The notes under the pieces were generated by a model that saw nothing but the letters and a program-made list of their open reading frames with translations, was not told the DNA's origin and made no database searches. Position numbers and translations under genes: made by a program. Of a stretch of 64,000 nucleotides of DNA, positions 54,610 to 64,000 are shown piece by piece (within the stretch, counting starts at the first letter, position 1; every line of letters starts with the position of its first letter). The DNA comes from Octopus vulgaris (lineage: Eukaryota): contig OX597840.1 of the NCBI GenBank assembly GCA_951406725.2, positions 2,914,001 through 2,978,000 on the forward strand. Direction: 5' to 3'.

Positions 54610-55055
54610 ACTTAAGCCTTTCACCCCCTCCGGCTCATGGACTCTCGACGACTTTCCTCCACTGTTCTCGGCTCTGGGCTATTATTTCTCCTCTTTAGTT
54701 GGGACCTAGCTTTTCAGTATCCCACCCCTAGCTATCTTTCAGTATCCCACCCCTAGCTATCTTTAGCATGTCATTTCTTCCGCCTCCGGAAACCATACAG
54801 GATGTTGGTTTCCGGTCAAAGTTTGCCGCATTGCGTCATATGTTTCCTTGAGAAAATATATTCCTCTCAGACATCTTGCTTTTGAAGAGAAAATAATTTT
54901 TCTGTTACTTTGCACTTTTACAGGGAGAGGTATTGGCCCTACTCAAACCGAGTAAAGCGGTGGCCCATATTAGTCTGATCCCTATCCTTTGACCTGTCCA
55001 GCATGGGGGTGGGGAACTACTAGGAGCCTGTATCATTGGAGCACACAAGCTAGCT
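54610..55055 (-). mobile_element. Probable internally deleted, decayed RTE-clade derivative
   Basis: The minus-strand 5' part gcttgtgtgctccaatga..cccatgctggacaggtcaaaggatagggatcagac..cctgtaaaa resembles RTE 5' UTRs. The 3' part gcccagagccgagaacagtggaggaaagtcgtc..ggcttaagt resembles RTE 3' ends. Recognised from memory only. Confidence 0.45.
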
Positions 55056-55404
55056 TCTCACCCTGTTTATTTTTATTCGTCTTTGTCCTCTCAGCCGTTC
55101 ACTAATGGTCCCGTCTTGAATCACATTTATTCATGTTCGTATGCCTACTTTTGTGTTGCATGTCTATCCATTTATTGTTTGTCCGTTCTCGTTATATTTT
55201 CATCCCATTTCTCAGCAGCTTTTCTGTTGCTGGCGCCACCTGAAGGGAATGAATATTACAGTTAAAAGCATGAAATTGCGTTTGACTCGCTGGCCGATAA
55301 CTAGTAAGGAATTGGAGACCTTCTGTGTCTGTTTTCCGCTTGCTTGTGCCTTTAATATATGTTTTATTTACATTATTAAGTAGTGGAAATTAATGATGAT
55401 GATG

Positions 55405-55504
<100 letters not shown>

Positions 55505-55506
55505 TA

Positions 55507-55539
<33 letters not shown>

Positions 55540-55600
55540 ATAATAATAATTATTATTATAATAATAATAATAATAACAACAATAGTAGTAAAAGGTCAAA

Positions 55601-56088
55601 GAAAAGGTCACAGAAAACGAGAAAGCAACCATACTCTGGGATATGCCGATACACACAGATAGAGAAATTAAGGCCAATAGGCCAGATATAGTTGGCAGAG
55701 ATCGTGAAGAAAAAAATGCTTTCTAATTGATGTATCAATACCGGCAGATGACAACGTGTCTCTAAAAGAAATGGAGAAAGTTTCAAAATACAAAGACCTG
55801 GAAATAGAGGTAACCAGAATGTGGAATCTAAAAACAGAAACAATTCCTCTCATAGTAGGTGCATTAGGCATGATAAAAAAATATTCAAACAAATACATAA
55901 CAAAACACCAGGACTTACAAACACATATAACATACAGTAAATTGCACTACTGGGCACTGCACACATCCTATGCAGAACACTTTCCATACAATAACCATAA
56001 GAGCATCACAACAAAACACAGCACATATCCAAGGTACACAGAGCTGCGCTCGGTAGTGAAGTGAAAGCACGATATAAAAGTAAAACTA

Positions 56089-56092
<4 letters not shown>
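55601..56092 (+). mobile_element. 5'-truncated R4/Dong-like copy (RLE + 3' UTR) in (AAT)n
   Basis: Highly similar to 1355-1847, with the same 3' end aaaactactg(aat)n. Confidence 0.9.
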
Positions 56093-56164
<72 letters not shown>

Positions 56165-56167
<3 letters not shown>

Positions 56168-56496
56168 TTTTATCAGCTTAAAGCTTATAACCGATCACCG
56201 TGCTTTGATTAAAATAAATAATTTAACATTGGAGCATATAAGCCCTCGACAGAAAAGAGTAGGATTTGCAGTACGCAGGGGAGTCGAACCCACACCGCTA
56301 TGTATTCACGACAAGTGTGCTACAATTACACTAACGTTGCACACTTGTCGCTAATACATAGAGGTGTGGCTTCGAGTCCCATGCGTACGGCGAAGCCTAC
56401 TTTTTTTCCCTCGAAGGTTTATATGCCCCCAGTATTAGATTATTTACCTTAGTCACTGTACGGTGGACCCTTATAATCTTTAAGCTTATAAAATTT
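56165..56496. mobile_element. ~330-bp imperfect fold-back (palindromic) element with tRNA-like A/B boxes
   Basis: Arms attttatcagcttaaagcttataa / ttataatctttaagcttataaaat and inner cgacaagtgtgc / gcacacttgtcg. B-box-like ggttcgactcc (minus) and gcttcgagtcc (plus). Confidence 0.75.
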
Positions 56497-56589
56497 TATT
56501 ATTATTTACAAATTGTAGAATTCGATACCGCTTATCAAATAATCGGAGAAAACGCATATATATATATATTGTTTCGAATTTGTGTGAAC

Positions 56590-56850
56590 GTGTATAGAAT
56601 AATATATCAGTTGAATAAAATTAAAACAGTGTCTGGGTTTCACGTTTTTATTATGGTATTTTAACATTTAAAACAATATTTTCTAATGCTCTTAAAGTTA
56701 AATTAGGGTTTTTATACATAATCATTAAATTTTCGAATGTGTGTAACTGACAATTGAGTTCTAAACTACTGTAGTACCTATTAGAATGCTACAACAAGCT
56801 GACTTTTTCAAATAGAGTTTTGACCAATCCACATGCAACTTAAACATCAC
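56590..56850 (-). mobile_element. Decayed fragment resembling the PLE 3' terminus at 24770
   Basis: gtatagaataatatat..aataaaa..tgtctgggtttcacgtttttatt resembles gtatagaagaatatattaataaaaa..tgtctgattttcacgttttattt. Confidence 0.4.
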
Positions 56851-57472
56851 GGTTCGCCAGGCGTACCGATATTCTGTAATTTGTTTATATTCATATGTTA
56901 AAGTTATGTTTTAATCCACATCATTAACTGGTAGTTATATTATTGTTATTTCCGTTCAGAACATGTGTGAACATTTTAATAGTTTTCCGGTGAATTCGTA
57001 TGTAATGTAACATTTTGAGGTCAAATGAAAAAGGCAAAGGTATATGTATTAAAGGATTCATGTAATCTATTTAGCACAGAGCGGATTTATAGTCGGTTCA
57101 GTTCAAGGTTCGAATGCGGCTGAGAGGCTGAAACAAAGAATTGTACTAAAACAGAGTGAAACACCTGTGAGTAAGCCAAAACGAAATGAAAAACTGCTCA
57201 CGATAAAAAATAAAGATTGTTCAAAAGTAGATGTTCCGTGGTCTCGATTTTGCTGGTCCTTTAAATGGTTCTTAATATTTAGTGGTCGTCGATAGTTTCT
57301 GGAATTGGCCTGAAATTTGTGAGTGTAAAACACCAACCTCCTTAAATGTGGTAAATTTTTTACACGAATTGTTTACAAAATTTCGCATCCCAGAAAAGAT
57401 AGAGTCTGACAATGGAACGAAATTTGCGTCTAGAGAATTTTTTAAAAAATGGGAAACGTTCACGGTAGGACG

Positions 57473-57612
57473 TATATATTTCTTTACTACCCAAAAGGGG
57501 CCAAACACAGAGGGGACAAACAAGAACAGACAGACAGATTAAGTCGATTACAGTGTGTAAATGGTACTTAATTTATCGACCCCGAAAGTATGAAAGGCAA
57601 AGTCGACCTCAC
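57473..57612 (-). mobile_element. 5'-truncated SINE family A inside the Gypsy relic
   Basis: 12-bp TSD cacggtaggacg at 57461-57472 / 57613-57624. Confidence 0.9.
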
Positions 57613-58012
57613 CACGGTAGGACGGATAACGACGGCATCATACCATTCCAGTTCTAACGTTTTGTCGTTATCTTCAAGAGAGCCCTAAGAAAATCGAAAG
57701 TGAAAGTCATGGATGAGGTAACTCTACAACAATTTTGAAGAGTGTACCGTGTGACGTCAAATCCGAATACACCAGCAGGCAGCTCACCAGCGGAGCTGAT
57801 GTTTGTGAAGGAAGTAAAATCAGTCTTCGATAAATTGTTACGTGGCAAGAAAAGAACAAAGTGCCAGAGAAGTCATAGCAAGATTCTTTAAAGTTGAGGA
57901 AAAGGCGAATATGAGGGAATACAAGAATGAAAAGAAGAGTTGGGAAGATGGCGTAATTACCAAATGGATAGGAAACATGATGTATTGAGTAGACAGTAGA
58001 AAAGGCGCATAT

Positions 58013-58401
58013 GGATGGAAGCACTCCGTCGGTTACGACGACGAGGGTTCCGGTTGATCCGAATCAACGGAACAGCCTGATCGTGAAATTAACGTGTAAG
58101 TGGCTGAGCACTCCACAGACACGTGTACCCTTAACGTAGTTCTCGGGGATATTCAGCGTGACACAGAGAGTGACAAGGCCGGCCCCTTGAAATACAGGTA
58201 CAACAGAAACAGGAAGTAAGAGTGAGAGAAAGTTGTGGTGAAAGAGTACAGCAGGGATCACCACCATCCCCTGCCGGAGCCTCGTGGAGCTTTAGGTGTT
58301 TTCGCTCAATAAACACTCACAACGCCCGGTCTGGGAATCGAAACCGCGATCCTATGACCGCGAATCCGCTGCCCTAACCACTGGGCCATTGCGCCTCCAC
58401 T
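58013..58401 (-). mobile_element. Full-length SINE family B inside the Gypsy relic
   Basis: 12-bp TSD aaaggcgcatat at 58001-58012 / 58402-58413. Confidence 0.92.
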
Positions 58402-58703
58402 AAAGGCGCATATAAGAGACACATGAACCAACTGAAAAAAAGACTCGTGGAAACGAACCCAAGAGGTTGGAGGAACTGATGGAATAGTTACACGATACAT
58501 TCCAAGTACAACCTCTACTGCAGGTCATTGAACCCAGGCGTATAAGTGAATGGAAAAACAAGACGTGCAGAGTTCCTGGAAATAGATGCCAAGCGCCAAA
58601 AATATTAAAGTGTACGAAAAGATATTTCACAAATGGAAGGTGGGAACAAAAGAAAAATTATCGCTGAATAAAATGACACTTCTTAAAAAAAACATTAAAG
58701 AGA

Positions 58704-58992
58704 TGTTGTAGGGAATTAGTAATAATGCTACACCTCTTCTATGTGACGAATGGAACAACCTAGTCACTATGAGTAAAGAGAAGTACGTGAAATAGTGGGG
58801 GTATGTAGTAGGCGGTCAGAGGTAGTCGTATCTTTACTGGTTTACTAAGCATACTGTATACTGTTATAACAAACCCATCATTTAAGGAATAATAACAATA
58901 AACAGCAGAAATTTCTAGACAAACCGGCTGACCTGAAGGAAAGGATTTAGTCTGATAGATCGAGATTATATGGGACAAAGACAACCCTAACA
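58704..58992 (+). repeat. Possible 3' LTR of the Gypsy relic
   Basis: Starts TGTTGTAGGG after a purine-rich stretch, contains AATAAA and ends CCCTAACA. No partner LTR in the window. Confidence 0.35.
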
Positions 58993-59063
58993 TTTACAAT
59001 TATGGTGCTTAAATGTTGGCGCCCTAAAGATTGATGAGGAAAATGATAATAATAATACTAATA

Positions 59064-59121
<58 letters not shown>

Positions 59122-59866
59122 GTTTTATTATTATTATTATTATTATTAGTGTTATTATTATATCATTGATAAAAAAGGGAACCTCTGACTTTTATTTCCT
59201 AGTTGTAGAACTGGTACCATAAAAGTTGTCTCAATACTTACCAAAGCCTTCTGGTGGAATGCACAGGTGATGATGATGATGATGATGATGATGATGTTGA
59301 TGATGATGATGTTGGTGATGATGACAACGGCAACGACGACGACGATCAACTGAAGAAGAAGAAGAAAAGAAGAAGAAGAAGAAAAAGAAGAAGAAGAAAA
59401 GAAGAAGAAGAAGAAAAGAAGAAGAAGAAGAAAAAGAATAATAATAATAATAATAATAAGAAGAAGAAGAAGAAGTAGAAGAAGAAGAAGAAGAAGTGAG
59501 TGTAGAGGAGAAGAAAAAAAAACGAAGAAGATGAAAACGAAGATAATTATTAAAATATCGAAACATGAATGAAAATACGACACTATAAAATTTTTTTATT
59601 TTTCAGAAAATTTTCGACAGAAGAAAAAAGATAAAAAGAAGAATAACGATCGACAAGTGCAAAACAGGAGAATGATAGATGATGTCAGCAAAACTGGAGG
59701 CAGTACATTAAGAAAGAGAACAGCAACAAACAACAACAAAAAGCAACAACAAAAAGCAACAACAAATAATAATAATAATAAAAATAATAATAATAAGAAG
59801 AAGAAGAAGAGGAAAAATAAAAAGAATAAGAATAATTACAATAATAAAATAATAATAATAATAATG

Positions 59867-59898
<32 letters not shown>

Positions 59899-59974
59899 AA
59901 TATTAATAATAATAATAATAATGATAATAATAATGATGATGATGATAATAATAATAATAATAATAATGATAATA

Positions 59975-60005
<31 letters not shown>

Positions 60006-60052
60006 TAACAATAATAATAATACTAATAATAATGATAATGATAATAATAATA

Positions 60053-60107
<55 letters not shown>

Positions 60108-60115
60108 GATAATAA

Positions 60116-60148
<33 letters not shown>

Positions 60149-60155
60149 CAATATG

Positions 60156-60238
<83 letters not shown>

Positions 60239-60246
60239 TCAACAAC

Positions 60247-60316
<70 letters not shown>

Positions 60317-61120
60317 GTAATGATAATAAATTTCGTTACCGAAATAAAAAGGAATGCTTCTGAAAGAAAAAAATATATAAGTTAGTGAATAGGACACAGA
60401 GAGAGAAAAAAACATAGGAAAAGAATAATTACAATAAAAAAATGTGTAAGAAGTGGAAAAAAGAAAGTAAGATTTTTGGCAGCCATATTGATTTTTTAAG
60501 ATGGCGTCTGCAGTTCTTTCTCTATGCAAAAAGCGATGTATATCTCAGTTGAGATATATTATATAGATAATAAAATGGTGGATTACGCAGTAGAAATTTG
60601 ATTCTTTGCAGCGGAATATCTACTTTAGCAAAAGTACAATGCAATATTTTTTTTCTTTTTATCGCAAATTCGGAAAAATTTTCGAAGCGTAAATAGAAAA
60701 ATAAGATTTTTGATATCTAATTATTTCATTATATACACTACGTAATATATCTATTCAGTTTATATATTTATATACTTATTTAGATATATAATTATTTATC
60801 GCTTTAAAATTCAGTTTTTTTTTTCCTTTTGTCTGTATATTTATGAAATTTAGCAATCCTTTATTGAATTACCCTGTTGGATTTCTGCGTCAGATTTGTT
60901 TACCTGTAATTTTTTATTTGTTTACGTTCGCTTACTTGGGTTCATGCTATGTCTTAGCGTATATCTTAACGATATATACATATATACACATACACACACA
61001 CAAACACAGGAATATAGGATTCGGTAAACTAAACCTAGGTAAGGTAGGAACGTTAGAAGCCTCCAGAACAGCAAGTAGCATCGCGGCGAATAAAACTGTT
61101 ATAATAATAATAATAATAAC

Positions 61121-61212
<92 letters not shown>

Positions 61213-61216
<4 letters not shown>

Positions 61217-61575
61217 GACCTACTCATTGAAATTGAGAAAATGTGGCATCTCAAGGTGGTTACAATACCAGTGATCGTAGGAGCACTAGGAATGATCAAG
61301 AAGGGAACCGAAAATTATATGAGAATGATCCCTGGCTTACCATCCCTACAAGAAGTGCAAAAGATTGTCTTAACTGGTACATCACACGTATTGAGAAGAG
61401 CATTGTCGATGTGAGAACTGTTGCTGCTCGTGTATTTTAATTTAACTTTAAAAAAAAAAAAAAAATGAACGAACTACTGAGTTTGGTTTAATGGCCTACC
61501 ATTGTATACTATGAGTTTCTTTGCCCTAGGAGTCGGGAAGACACTCGGCAAGAAATGGAAAGAAGAAAAAAAAAG
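61213..61575 (+). mobile_element. 3' end of a second R4/Dong-like subfamily in (AAT)n
   Basis: KDLLIEIEKMWHLKVVTIPVIVGALGMIKKGTENYMRMIPGLPSLQEVQKIVLTGTSHVLRRALSM* with a different 3' UTR, whose tip (acactcggc.agaa) recurs at ~3220-3270. Confidence 0.85.
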
Positions 61576-61580
61576 TAATA

Positions 61581-61653
<73 letters not shown>

Positions 61654-61827
61654 TAACCTGTTATACTCTAGGCAAAAGGCCCGAGCGAAAATTTTGGGGC
61701 AGGGTCCCTGTCGATTAGATCAAGTCCAGTACGAAACTGGTACTTAACTTATCGACTCCGAAAGAATGAAAGGCAACGTCGATGTCGGCGGAATTTGAAT
61801 TCAGAACATAAAGACAAAGGAAATAAC

Positions 61828-62249
61828 TATTTCTTTACTACCCACAAGGGGGCTAAACACAGAGAGGACAAACACGGACAGACAAACGCATTAAGTCGAT
61901 TATATCGACCCCAGTGCGTAACTGGTACTTCTTTTATCGCCCCCACCCCCCGAAAGGATGAAAGGCAAAGTCGACCTCAGCGGAATTTGAACTCAGAACG
62001 TAGCGGCAGACGATATACCTATTTCTTTACTGCCCACAAGGGGCTGAACACAGAGAGGACAAACAAGGACAGACAAAGGGATTTAGTCGATTACATCAAC
62101 TCAGTGCGTAGCTGGTAGTTTATTTATCGATCCCGAAAGGATGAAAGGCAAAGTCGACTTCGACGGAATTTGAACTCAGAACGTAACGGCAGACGAAATA
62201 CGCGTACGCGTTTCGCCCGGCGTGCTAACGTTTTTGCCAGCTCACCGCC
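61828..62249 (-). mobile_element. Dimeric SINE family A
   Basis: Same internal junction as 39671-40087 (gtaaagaaataggtat.tcgtctgccg) at ~62005-62030. Confidence 0.85.
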
Positions 62250-62250
62250 A

Positions 62251-62998
<748 letters not shown>

Positions 62999-63136
62999 TG
63001 ATAATAATGATAATAATAATAATAATTATAATATATAAATATGATATATAATAATATATATGTAATAATATATATATAAATAAGTTGGTAGGTAGAGAGA
63101 AATATAGGTAAGTAGATTTCAAAGAACTTTTCATAC

Positions 63137-63207
<71 letters not shown>

Positions 63208-63419
63208 TATGTAGTGTGTGCTACATACGTAGATAGTTTCGAATGTATATCATATATATATATATATATATATTAAGCATATATACATGTATGTGAATCT
63301 GTTCTGAACACAATACATACATACATACATACATACATGCCTGCATGCATGCATACATACATACATACATACATACATACATGCTTGCATGCCTACATGT
63401 ATACATACATCCACTAACG

Positions 63420-63830
63420 AGCCAAGAGACAGCAGCAAGGCCTCATGGATTCCCAATAATTTGTCATGAAAACCTGCAAGACGGCTCCAACAAAACCACT
63501 TCAGCGTCATTTCAAAAAGCTTGCTTGGAAGTTCTAAGCTCCTCAAAAAATGTCGAACGAGCACATAATGTATGTTATCGATAAGGGGTGGAGCGAAGAC
63601 AGAGCAGGTGCAACCATTACTAGACTATTTCTTTCGTGTCATTCAGTGAGAAAATGATGTAACGAATTATTTGAAATTTTAGAAGGAAAAAAAAACACGT
63701 TGGTTGTCAGAGGAAAATGTCATGCTAACATTCAACATGGCTTCCCTCCATGAAAGAAGATGCGTCCTTCAGAATGTCCAATGATATAACTGGATATTGA
63801 TGCTGATCTGTAATCATTCAGCTATGGTAA
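63420..63830 (-). pseudogene. Possible very old LINE RT relic
   Basis: Weak patches only (SSFMEGS.., CSVFAPPL resembling GSVLAPTL). Confidence 0.25.
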
Positions 63831-64000
63831 TTTCTGATATTTAGAAGGCTTCTCTTTTACTTGTTTCAGTCGTTTGACTGCGGCCATGCTGGGGCACCAC
63901 TTTTAGTCGAGCAAATCGACCTCAAGACTTATTCTTTGTCAGCCTACTACTCATTTTATCGGTTTCTTTTGCCGAACCGCTAAGTTACGTGGACGTAAAC

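Larger units (their letters stand above)
57225..58700 (+). pseudogene. Gypsy/Ty3 integrase relic interrupted by two SINEs
   Basis: PWSR..DFAGPLNG..LVVVDSFWNWPEI..LHELFTKFRIPEKIESDNGTKFAS..ITTASYH..FKRALRK..YRVTSNPNTPAGSSPAELMF. Confidence 0.85.

Overview
AT-rich, microsatellite-saturated animal DNA, intergenic or intronic. It is probably cephalopod (Octopus-like), inferred from SINE families recalled from memory and not from a database search. No host protein-coding exon could be supported, and almost all ORFs in the track are simple-repeat artefacts. The real content is retroelements: (i) a 5'-truncated but uninterrupted Penelope-like element (RT + GIY-YIG, Neptune-like) at 24770-27436(-); (ii) several R4/Dong-like RLE non-LTR copies, all embedded in (AAT)n; (iii) CR1/L2-like 3' ends, a Gypsy integrase relic, a mariner relic and an internally deleted RTE-like element; (iv) dozens of tRNA-derived SINEs from three modular families, with TSDs, nesting, dimers and a 4-copy tandem array. 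The most notable signal is nine hammerhead-ribozyme-like motifs. One lies in the Penelope 3' region. The rest lie in short non-coding elements next to or inside (TA)n, two of which have partial-tandem plus inverted-repeat architecture. Together they suggest a retrozyme-like, PLE-mobilised non-autonomous system with recurring non-canonical catalytic cores. Other notable items are a 36-bp minisatellite in which 9 of 10 units carry a perfect heat-shock element, a tRNA-derived fold-back element, and a LINE/SINE shared 3' tail with compensatory stem changes. Coordinates were read by eye, and element edges are approximate unless TSDs are given.
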